The notes below the pieces were generated by a model. It was not told where the DNA came from, did no database searches, and was given only the letters and a program-made list of their open reading frames with translations. Below are positions 9,910 to 18,335 of a stretch of DNA of 33,805 bases, in pieces. Location of the stretch: contig JAGVWJ010000030.1 in assembly GCA_018304385.1 (NCBI GenBank), positions 1-33,805 of the forward strand, read 5' to 3'. This DNA comes from Candidatus Micrarchaeota archaeon. GTDB taxonomy: Archaea; Micrarchaeota; Micrarchaeia; Anstonellales; Bilamarchaeaceae. The stretch's first letter is position 1, and every line of letters begins with the position of its first letter. Position numbers and translations under genes: made by a program.

Positions 9910-10064
9910 AGTATAATATTATTTGTAGTGGTATTTAATAGTTAAGGCTAGAAGATGTAATTTTGTACAAGTTTTTTATAAAATGTATGTGCAAAACCAC
10001 AGAAAATAAGGGATTTAATGTTGTGGTACTAAGATTTATAAAGTGTTTGTGGTACAATATAACT

Positions 10065-10358
10065 ATGGCTGAAAACGTCCATAGAGAAGTCCCGGATAAA
10101 ACATATCACTTCCTTTTAACTACAGCTAAACGAGACGGAATTAACCGGATTTTTATTGGAATAGCCGTACCGGTGCGCGATATTCATGTAGGCGAGATGC
10201 GTCTTGGCGAGAGAATGGACGATTCCATTAGAAGAATAGCTAAAGAGATTGGATTTGATAATATTAAGATCAAGAAATATCTTGGGAAGTTTGATCTAAC
10301 TGCTGATGGTACGCCAATAAGGCAGTTTAATTTTGAGATAACTGCGAATGTTTATTAA
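10065..10358 (+). CDS. Small protein with a degenerate NUDIX-like fold
   Basis: ATG 10065 lies 23 nt after TTTATAAA (10035-10042), so I prefer it to the TTG at 9963. GERMDDSIRRIAKEIGF resembles a degraded Nudix box; KYLGKFD...RQFNF is typical of Nudix C-termini. Confidence 0.45.
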   Translation: MAENVHREVPDKTYHFLLTTAKRDGINRIFIGIAVPVRDIHVGEMRLGERMDDSIRRIAKEIGFDNIKIKKYLGKFDLTADGTPIRQFNFEITANVY

Positions 10359-10393
10359 CTTATTTAGCGTAATCAATTCAACTGGTTGAGGAC

Positions 10394-10921
10394 ATGAAAA
10401 AATTTCAAATAACTGTTTATGGTAGAGTTCAACGTGTTGGTTACCGCGATGCAGTTGCAGAAATAGCTAGAAAGTTAGGAATAAAAGGAACAGTGAAAAA
10501 CTTAGAGGACGAGGTTTCTGTTGAGATTATAGCTGAAGGAGAGGATAATAAACTTGGAGAGTTTGTAAAATTAATCAACATTAAAGACCATCCAATTGAG
10601 GTTGAGAAAATAGAGGTAAAGGAAGAGAAAACAACCGGGCAATTCAAATATTTTAAAATAACTAGGGGAGAACCAAACGAGGAATTGGGGGAGAGGATAG
10701 ATGTTGCCGGAAAACATCTTTATGACATCAAAAAATTACAGCTGACAAGCACTGAAAAATTAGACACAGTAGGCAATAAAATGGATAAATTTTCAGATGC
10801 AACCCAACAACAATTTCAACATTTAGACGGCAAATATCACAGTGTATCTGATAGATTAGGTAGTATCGATAATCATCTAAAAGAACTTGTAAATATTCTT
10901 AAACAATTCAAACCTAAATAA
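10394..10921 (+). CDS. acyP: Acylphosphatase with C-terminal helical/coiled-coil extension
   Basis: VYGRVQRVGYR and GTVKNLED signatures, followed by ~85 extra helical residues. Confidence 0.8.
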   Translation: MKKFQITVYGRVQRVGYRDAVAEIARKLGIKGTVKNLEDEVSVEIIAEGEDNKLGEFVKLINIKDHPIEVEKIEVKEEKTTGQFKYFKITRGEPNEELGERIDVAGKHLYDIKKLQLTSTEKLDTVGNKMDKFSDATQQQFQHLDGKYHSVSDRLGSIDNHLKELVNILKQFKPK

Positions 10922-11085
10922 TCTTCGTCAATCGTCCAACTTTTAGTTATAGTTCTACAACTTTTTTGTATGCTATCCAGAAGATTTATATAGATGTGTT
11001 ACGCGAATATCTGGGGGCAATTATTGGTTTGTCGGCAGGGCAGAAAAATGCCGACAAAGCTCTCGAAATCACAGGTGATTTCTCG

Positions 11086-11961
11086 ATGAGACTTGAATAT
11101 ATGCAAATGCCCAAAGTAGGGCCTTCTTCTGAACAGAGCAGACAGAGAAATTTATTTTCTAGAATTATTGGATCTAATTTAACTAGAGGAGCAGTAGCAC
11201 TAGGTACAATGCTATTGACGTCTGCCCCCTTGATTAGCAGGGCTGATGAGGGTGCGAAGGCTACGCCTGCTGCCAAATGCGAAAGCGAGTTCAAGGTTAA
11301 GAGAGATGATGTTTTACGAGCGTTGGAGAATGCTAGGGGAAAGGAGATTGATGTTACTAAAGGAGGCCAAGTTGTTGATATTAATTTTCTAAAGACAAGA
11401 TTAAAAGAAGGACGATCTGTTCCAAGAGATGCAGTAGTTGCTGTAGGTACTGCAAAGCAATTTAGATTCATACAGGCTGGAAATTTTGAGATATTTATTG
11501 ATCCTGTTAATAGTGAGATAACGATTTATAAAAAAGGGACGAAGACTTATAGAATTGAAGATCAAATTGGAGTAAGTGAGGGGGCGGCAGGATTCAGACC
11601 TGAAGATCGCGATTATTTCCCTGAACTTAAAGCTGATTTGAAGTATGCAACAGTCGTTCTAATCAATGCTGATACACTTGTTATGGCGGATGGATATAAA
11701 GTATATTTATATAATTCTGATGGTAGAGGTTTCATGACTTCTTTTAATGAGATTATGGCACTTAATTCAAAACCACTCGTAGGCTTTCTAACTAAGGAAG
11801 CTAGAATAGCTGCTGTTATTGCTAGGGATGATAGTCTAAGAGATATTAATGAAATCGTGTCTATAACTATTAACTCTCAAACATTAGCAAGTTCTGACCC
11901 AAGAAAAGTTTGTATTGAAGAAGGCGCATTAGCAGTATTAACTCCGCCCAACTCATTTTAG
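11086..11961 (+). CDS. Hypothetical exported protein
   Basis: AGGTGA SD at 11073 precedes ATG 11086. A basic leader is followed by hydrophobic GAVALGTMLLTSAPLISRA. Confidence 0.6.
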   Translation: MRLEYMQMPKVGPSSEQSRQRNLFSRIIGSNLTRGAVALGTMLLTSAPLISRADEGAKATPAAKCESEFKVKRDDVLRALENARGKEIDVTKGGQVVDINFLKTRLKEGRSVPRDAVVAVGTAKQFRFIQAGNFEIFIDPVNSEITIYKKGTKTYRIEDQIGVSEGAAGFRPEDRDYFPELKADLKYATVVLINADTLVMADGYKVYLYNSDGRGFMTSFNEIMALNSKPLVGFLTKEARIAAVIARDDSLRDINEIVSITINSQTLASSDPRKVCIEEGALAVLTPPNSF

Positions 11962-11996
11962 TTAAATATTAAAAGATAGCTAAACTATATTATAAC

Positions 11997-13280
11997 ATGG
12001 GCGACGAATTATTTGCTGATGAAAAGGCTCCTGCTAAAAAATTTAATCAAATACAATTTGTAGCAATACTAAAGCAGCTAGAAGAACATTTCCCAGCCAT
12101 CCAACCATTCATAGACCTCACAACTGGCCAAATAGTTAAGGGAAAAGAAAAAGAATTACGAGCGGCTATTGAAGGGGCCTGCACTGGGTATAAAGGTCCC
12201 CAATTAGATGGGCTAATTAAAGATTTAAAAGAAGCGTTAGCGAGCGCAAGAGAGGGAAATTTCGCCGAACTCGCAGATGTAGTTCAGGATATGAACTTTA
12301 CACATAAAAGAAATCACAAATTACATAAACAACTTGATCACGCAGTAGATCACTCTGATCATGGTACGAAGCATGATCACGAAGAAGAAGAAGCGCTAGT
12401 GAGAGGAAGCTTCGATGATTGGGCTGAAATACAACGACGCGAATATAACGTAGCCATGGCTGTGACACCTCTTAGATTTATTGCGCCACAAACATTAACT
12501 ATTCTTATGGATTTTGGTTTTAGCAGTTTTAATAATGAACCTCTTAAATTATGTGAAGTACAGTACCAAAGACTCACGGAACTACTTGCCCCAGAAGAAC
12601 TGACGCTATTAGAACAACTTAGGATAGTAGAAAGAATTAAAGGAGAGGCTTACAAAAGAGCTCAAGATAACCCAGAGGCACGGGCAGCACTAGCCGAGGT
12701 TGATACAATTCAGGAGGCAAAAGAATGCTGCATGAAATTCGGTCTCCTAACAGAATTCCAATTCAACAACATGCTTTCAGCAGAGCGCAATTGGGTAGAT
12801 TCAGTTGCAAGACAAGCGCAGATGCAACAACAAATGCAGCAAGTTCAAACCGCAAGCACACTAGCACTACTTAGAAATATGCAGGACTTCATAAATGAAA
12901 AAGAAAAAGATGAATGGAAAAATAGGAAAAGAAGAATGAGCGATGATGAAAAAGAACAAGCAAGAGAAGTAGAAGAAGAAAGAAAAAAGATAGCGAAGCA
13001 ACAAGAAGAATTCGATACTAAAGGATTACATGGGGACAAACAGTTCCAGGCAATATTCAATGAAAACCTAGAAAATAATCTGCGCGAGTTAGCAAGAAGA
13101 ACAAATGTAGACATGGAAGAGATAAAAAGATTGGCAGATATTGTAGAAGGCCAAGGAAAAGGAACTAGTGTAAGAATAGTAACAATGCAGGCAGAAATCG
13201 TGCTCGCAACACTTAATGCGTATGATACAACATTAACCTCATTGCCGCCAAGTGTTTATCAAAAATATCATAATGCCTAG
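11997..13280 (+). CDS. Hypothetical helical protein with His-rich and Glu/Lys-rich segments
   Basis: Long ORF, TATA-like box ~25 nt upstream, 8 His in 26 residues. Confidence 0.7.
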   Translation: MGDELFADEKAPAKKFNQIQFVAILKQLEEHFPAIQPFIDLTTGQIVKGKEKELRAAIEGACTGYKGPQLDGLIKDLKEALASAREGNFAELADVVQDMNFTHKRNHKLHKQLDHAVDHSDHGTKHDHEEEEALVRGSFDDWAEIQRREYNVAMAVTPLRFIAPQTLTILMDFGFSSFNNEPLKLCEVQYQRLTELLAPEELTLLEQLRIVERIKGEAYKRAQDNPEARAALAEVDTIQEAKECCMKFGLLTEFQFNNMLSAERNWVDSVARQAQMQQQMQQVQTASTLALLRNMQDFINEKEKDEWKNRKRRMSDDEKEQAREVEEERKKIAKQQEEFDTKGLHGDKQFQAIFNENLENNLRELARRTNVDMEEIKRLADIVEGQGKGTSVRIVTMQAEIVLATLNAYDTTLTSLPPSVYQKYHNA

Positions 13281-13315
13281 CATGTTTATAAACAGAACTT
13301 ATCATAAAAATAAAC

Positions 13316-14158
13316 ATGCAGAATCTTAATTTTAGAGAGCGCAAACCTGTAAGATTTACTAGGACAATTAGAAACTACCTAGTTATAGCAGCGCTTGCCA
13401 TGCCACTAATTTCTGTTGCACAAGAGACAGCAAAGGCACCAGCAGTGAGCAATGAGCAGAAAAAAGAAGAAAAACCGCTATCCAAAGCAGAAGAAAACGC
13501 GAGAAGAGCAATAAAATTTTTACATGAGTTTATTGCAAATCCTAATTATGTTACGAAAGTTGAGTTACTATCACTGCTAGAGCAAAGGGGCGCCTTAAAT
13601 GAGATTACAAGAATAACTAAAAGATATTACTCTGACACTTACAATCTATTCAAAAATTATAATGTCTGCAATGACAATAAGCAATTTGTAGCCAAAGATT
13701 TTCTTATTTATTTGGAAAGAATGATAAATGTTTATAATGAAGGAACAGAAGAAACAAACTGTGAGCTTGCATTTATTAAAGGTATAACCAGGGTCAATAA
13801 ATTAATGAAAGCATTCGGAAACATGCCAACAGATGAACAAAGGGTACAGCTAGAACAATGGCTTAATAAAGAATTTGGAGACGACGGCCAAGAGGTCTTC
13901 TCAAATTACGTTAATTATAAAATGGGCTTAAGAGAAATAAGCGGGTCAGAATACGAAGATGCAATAAAAATGCTTGCTACCATGGAAAAAAGCCACATGA
14001 TAGAACCAGCAGGTTGGATAGAAAAGGATGAAAAAATTAGAGCTGGAGAAGAAAGAAGGAATAAAATAATACTTATTTCTGTTATAGTGTTATTAGCACT
14101 TGCAAAACCTATTAATTACGTTATTAGAAGGTTTGGAAGTAATGAAGAGAGCGAGTAG
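13316..14158 (+). CDS. Hypothetical protein with signal peptide and C-terminal TM anchor
   Basis: TTTATAAA ~23 nt upstream; YLVIAALAMPLISVA signal; C-terminal IILISVIVLLALA. Confidence 0.7.
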   Translation: MQNLNFRERKPVRFTRTIRNYLVIAALAMPLISVAQETAKAPAVSNEQKKEEKPLSKAEENARRAIKFLHEFIANPNYVTKVELLSLLEQRGALNEITRITKRYYSDTYNLFKNYNVCNDNKQFVAKDFLIYLERMINVYNEGTEETNCELAFIKGITRVNKLMKAFGNMPTDEQRVQLEQWLNKEFGDDGQEVFSNYVNYKMGLREISGSEYEDAIKMLATMEKSHMIEPAGWIEKDEKIRAGEERRNKIILISVIVLLALAKPINYVIRRFGSNEESE

Positions 14159-14164
14159 ATGTAA

Positions 14165-15694
14165 ATGGAAAACGCAATATCTTATGTCATCAATAGAATT
14201 ATCCAAGACAAAGAATACGACTTGCAAAAACTAAAGAATGAAGCAGCAAAAAAATTCTCTTTAAAATTAGGAATAAGAAACAGCGATATAATCCAAAATA
14301 TTCCTAAAGAAAAATTAACTAAAGAACTATTGACACTACTTAGAAAAAAACCCATGAGAACGCGATCTGGGGTAACGCCCATAGCAGTAATGATAAGACC
14401 GAATGGATCATGTAATTACCAATGTATATACTGCCCATTTACTGGCAAGGCAGCAAAAAGCTACACAGGTGACGAGCCAGCAGCACTAAGATCAAGACAA
14501 AATAATTATGATCCATATCTACAAGCAAGATCAAGAATAAGACAATTTGAAATATCAGGTCACCCAACAGACAAATGCGAAGTAATAGTAATGGGCGGAA
14601 CATTTCTCGCAATGGAACAAGAATACAAAACATATTTCATAAAAGGAATATACGATGCGCTAAATGAATGCGAAAGTAGCAGCATTGCTGAAGCGAAGAA
14701 GATAAATGAAACAGCGAAACATAGAGTAATTGGTCTAACAGTTGAAACCAGGCCAGATGTTTGTATAGAATATATTGATGAAATACTAGATTATGGAGCA
14801 ACACGTGTAGAGTTAGGAGTGCAACATCCAAATGATGATATTTATAAAAGAACAAAACGAGGCCATCTAACTAATGCAGTAATTGATGCTACTGCAAAAC
14901 TGAAAGATGCTTCATTTAAAGTTCTCTATCACATCATGCCTGGATTGCCTGGCTCAAATCCAGCAAAAGATATTGAAATGCTAAAAAGAATATTTGATAA
15001 TTCTAATTTTAGGCCAGATATGCTAAAAATATATCCAACGCTGGTTATCCAAGGAACAGAACTATACAATATGATGCAAAAAGGCGAATTCGAGCCCTAT
15101 AGTTCTGAACAGGCAGCAGATGTTATATCAGAATTCTATAGGTATATCCCAAAATACGTTCGAGTTATGCGCATTCAACGTGATATCCCTGCAACGAACA
15201 TTGATCGCGGAGTTAAAAAAAGCAATTTACGCGAGTTAGTGGAAGAACAGATTAGAAAAAAGAAAATAAAAACAAATGAAATAAGAATGCGTGAAGTAGG
15301 ATTAAACAAAGCAGATACTGATGAATTTGAAATGCAAAGACTAAATTATGATGCTAGCAATGGTAAAGAAGTATTTTTATCATTTGAAAATAATGATTTC
15401 ATTGCTGGTTTTATTAGACTAAGAATTCCAGGTGAAAGCTGTAGGAAAGAAATAGATGTGAACACTGCATTAATTAGAGAGCTACATGTTTATGGCCAAG
15501 AAACAGAGATAAAAAAGAAAGGCAGGATACAGCATAAGGGACTAGGAAGCGAATTACTAGCAGAAGCAGAAAAAATAGCTAAAGAAGAATTTGATAAAAA
15601 AAGAATGATAGTAATTAGTGGTGTTGGAGTGAGGGAATACTACTATAAAAAAGGATATAAAGAATGCGGACCTTATGTTAATAAGATATTATGA
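14165..15694 (+). CDS. elp3: Elp3 tRNA U34 carboxymethyltransferase (radical SAM + KAT domains)
   Basis: CNYQCIYCP, KSYTGDEPA, MGGTF, ETRPD, TRVELGVQ, RIQRDIP, IRELHVYG, QHKGLG, VISGVGVREYY. Confidence 0.96.
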   Translation: MENAISYVINRIIQDKEYDLQKLKNEAAKKFSLKLGIRNSDIIQNIPKEKLTKELLTLLRKKPMRTRSGVTPIAVMIRPNGSCNYQCIYCPFTGKAAKSYTGDEPAALRSRQNNYDPYLQARSRIRQFEISGHPTDKCEVIVMGGTFLAMEQEYKTYFIKGIYDALNECESSSIAEAKKINETAKHRVIGLTVETRPDVCIEYIDEILDYGATRVELGVQHPNDDIYKRTKRGHLTNAVIDATAKLKDASFKVLYHIMPGLPGSNPAKDIEMLKRIFDNSNFRPDMLKIYPTLVIQGTELYNMMQKGEFEPYSSEQAADVISEFYRYIPKYVRVMRIQRDIPATNIDRGVKKSNLRELVEEQIRKKKIKTNEIRMREVGLNKADTDEFEMQRLNYDASNGKEVFLSFENNDFIAGFIRLRIPGESCRKEIDVNTALIRELHVYGQETEIKKKGRIQHKGLGSELLAEAEKIAKEEFDKKRMIVISGVGVREYYYKKGYKECGPYVNKIL

Positions 15695-15735
15695 TAGATA
15701 AATTAAAAGGAATTACAGTTATAAGGAGGTTCACG

Positions 15736-15951
15736 ATGCAAGCACTTGGCAAGGAGTTGCAAGGAATATTAAAAAGCATTAACTCAGCAAAAAATAAAGA
15801 AACGCTAATTGATAATAAGAAAAAGCTCAACCGTATAGCGAACTCGCTTAAAAAAGATAAAAAACTCTATGAGCAAACTAGAATATACATAAAATATCTT
15901 TATGAGAAAATAGAAAAGATGCTTACTGGAAAGGATATAATAATTGATTGA
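15736..15951 (+). CDS. Small basic hypothetical protein
   Basis: AGGAGGT SD at 15724-15730 precedes ATG 15736; alternative start 15691. Confidence 0.55.
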   Translation: MQALGKELQGILKSINSAKNKETLIDNKKKLNRIANSLKKDKKLYEQTRIYIKYLYEKIEKMLTGKDIIID

Positions 15952-15960
15952 GGTAAAAAA

Positions 15961-17490
15961 ATGGCATTCAAACAAAAAGAAGCTGATATTGTTCTAAATA
16001 GTTCAGCTATCCCTGACCATATTAAAAAAGTATATGTGACTCTGCCAGAAGATGAAAGAAAAACAATTTCTAAATTTTTATTAAACACATATGTTGACTC
16101 AAAAAATAGATGGGAGGAACTTTCTAACTTATACTTCTATGGCATAGATAGACCAGGGGGAGGATCGTTACAAACTAAACAACTATTTGCTGAAGTTTTC
16201 ATAAATTTAAATGGTGCTCAATTAGTAAAGGATGAACTATCTAAGCTTAAAGCCCCTGCTGAGGTTATAACCCTTTATGATAAGTTGCCGGAAGATGAAA
16301 AAGCCATTATAGCATATCATCTATTATTAGCTTATCAACATCTAAACGATGCTAGAATAACAGATACCATTTCCGAAATGGTTACAAGTAAAAATAATTT
16401 CTCCCCACAAGCAATAGAACTGTTCAAACGAGTTTTAAAAGATGCTGAAGACGCTACGATCGCTGGCATCAATTCATATCTAGAAGATATTAAGAAGCAT
16501 GTAAATAATGGGAGTATGCCACAAGAGAGATTCCTAGAGATAAAGGCAGATATGGAACTGGAGAAAGGACCTAAACTAAAATGGTTAAGAAAAATAAGAG
16601 AAACCCCAGCAGGCGTATCTTATGAAAAGGCATTCACTGCTGGAATCGAAGAAGTCATAAAAAAACAAGAAAGGACTGATGCTGCAGTTACCGTAAAAGT
16701 AGAGCACCAAGGTATTATTGAAGGCCAAACACGAGACAATACTATAAAAGCAATAAGACATGCACTAAATTCTTTACCTCAAACATTAGCTGAATTGGGT
16801 CTTTCTCCTGAACAAGTAGTTGAGTTTAGAGGAAAGTTACATGAAGTTACTTTCGTTTTAGTATCAGAAGAAGAATGGCAAAAAGAAGGATATGGAGATG
16901 ATGCAATTGGGTTATGTAGACCAGGGTCTGACACAATTCTATTACGCATTTCAGATGAATCAAGAGAATTTGCATTAGCACAAATGTATGGAACGGTCGT
17001 CCATGAGATTTTGCATCATTTAACTGAGGGTTATTCGAATAATTCTAGTTCTATGAGTTTACATGAAACATTGACAGAAGTGTTTGCAAATCTTGTTATT
17101 GCTAAAGAGCTCGGTCTTCCAACCGAATTCAGATTAAGAGAAAAACCAGGCGAGGCCATGCCTTCTAAAAGATTTGAAGTGAGTAGTATTGTTGATTTTT
17201 CTAATCCTTCTTACCATTCTTTAGTAATGAATGACGAATTTAATGAATTATTTGCGGTTATAGGTAGGCTAGAATGGCAAAAAGCCTATTTTTCAGGAGA
17301 TTATAAAGAAGTTAAAAGACAGGTCAATTTATACCTACCAAAAAATGAAGATGCGTTTGCATATTTATTTGGCGATAGTAATATAGAAGAATCAATAGCT
17401 GCTGCACTTAAAGACTTAAAACCAAATGATCCGTTGGACTGGACAAAAAAATTTGATGAGGCTAAAAGACCTTACGTTGTTAGAAAATAA
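15961..17490 (+). CDS. Putative zinc metallopeptidase (HEXXH plus downstream E) with duplicated N-terminal helical motif
   Basis: VVHEILHHL at 17002 followed by LHETLTE; AIGLCRP upstream; GAGGT SD. Confidence 0.6.
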   Translation: MAFKQKEADIVLNSSAIPDHIKKVYVTLPEDERKTISKFLLNTYVDSKNRWEELSNLYFYGIDRPGGGSLQTKQLFAEVFINLNGAQLVKDELSKLKAPAEVITLYDKLPEDEKAIIAYHLLLAYQHLNDARITDTISEMVTSKNNFSPQAIELFKRVLKDAEDATIAGINSYLEDIKKHVNNGSMPQERFLEIKADMELEKGPKLKWLRKIRETPAGVSYEKAFTAGIEEVIKKQERTDAAVTVKVEHQGIIEGQTRDNTIKAIRHALNSLPQTLAELGLSPEQVVEFRGKLHEVTFVLVSEEEWQKEGYGDDAIGLCRPGSDTILLRISDESREFALAQMYGTVVHEILHHLTEGYSNNSSSMSLHETLTEVFANLVIAKELGLPTEFRLREKPGEAMPSKRFEVSSIVDFSNPSYHSLVMNDEFNELFAVIGRLEWQKAYFSGDYKEVKRQVNLYLPKNEDAFAYLFGDSNIEESIAAALKDLKPNDPLDWTKKFDEAKRPYVVRK

Positions 17491-17491
17491 T

Positions 17492-18331
17492 CTAACTACT
17501 AAAAAACTTAACCACAAGCTCGCGCTCTTCATTATAGAAATCAACAAGCATTGCGTCCTGGTTTTTAAGCAAGGATAGATACTCTGACTGCAGATCTGCA
17601 AATTCTTTTTCTTCGGTTTCATTAAATATCTTAACCTGCTTTTCTGCATTTCTTAGCTGAATCCTAGTAGATATGAGTTTTATTTTGTTATTCAGTTCAA
17701 CCAAGTTATTGGCAATGCGCTCAGATACCCAGACATGTTTATTACCTAGGGCAACTGGCACCTCTACATCAAACTGCTTATCAATAGGTGGTTCAGCAGA
17801 AAGTGTGCCTTCATCAAGAAAGACCGGGACGCCAAGCCTTAGAAACAATCTAATCATTAGCACTCTTGCTTTTTCATCAGTATCAATAGAAATATCTTGC
17901 AGCAACTTGCCTTCCCTCAATGTATCAAGCAGCTTAGTTCTAACAACTACTGGAAGTTTGCTCAACAGGATGTTAATCTTTGCAATGTTTAACCGATTAT
18001 CAAAATTCTGTTTTAATAATACACCACGAGCAGAAAGCAACTCATAAATCTCTCCTTTCTTGGATTTTAATGCATCAAAGATTTCTGAGTCCATGAATTT
18101 TTTTAACTCGGTTGTAAAAGCGCTTATCTGTTTCTCATGAGGAAAAGCAATGCGCATACCCGCCTTTATTAGTTTATCAGTAATAGCAGCGATATGTGCA
18201 CTTACTAACTTAGCCTCATGCTTAATGTTTTCAGAATTATCAAATTTTGATTTGAACTCAAGCTCTGCGCGCTCTTTATTTAACTCTATTAATTTGGTTA
18301 TATCCGATAAGGTAATTACTATTTCTGGCAT
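17492..18331 (-). CDS. Hypothetical coiled-coil protein
   Basis: Long ORF; ATG 18331 with GTGA SD immediately after the Lon-like gene stop, preferred to 18376. Confidence 0.65.
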   Translation of the reverse strand: MPEIVITLSDITKLIELNKERAELEFKSKFDNSENIKHEAKLVSAHIAAITDKLIKAGMRIAFPHEKQISAFTTELKKFMDSEIFDALKSKKGEIYELLSARGVLLKQNFDNRLNIAKINILLSKLPVVVRTKLLDTLREGKLLQDISIDTDEKARVLMIRLFLRLGVPVFLDEGTLSAEPPIDKQFDVEVPVALGNKHVWVSERIANNLVELNNKIKLISTRIQLRNAEKQVKIFNETEEKEFADLQSEYLSLLKNQDAMLVDFYNEERELVVKFFSS

Positions 18332-18335
18332 AACA

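Noticed and set aside
14408-14436. Elp3 Fe-S motif is CX3CX2C rather than the CX4CX2C I recall for many archaeal Elp3
   Set aside because: CX3CX2C is the canonical radical-SAM motif and I recall it in other Elp3 proteins, so it is not distinctive.
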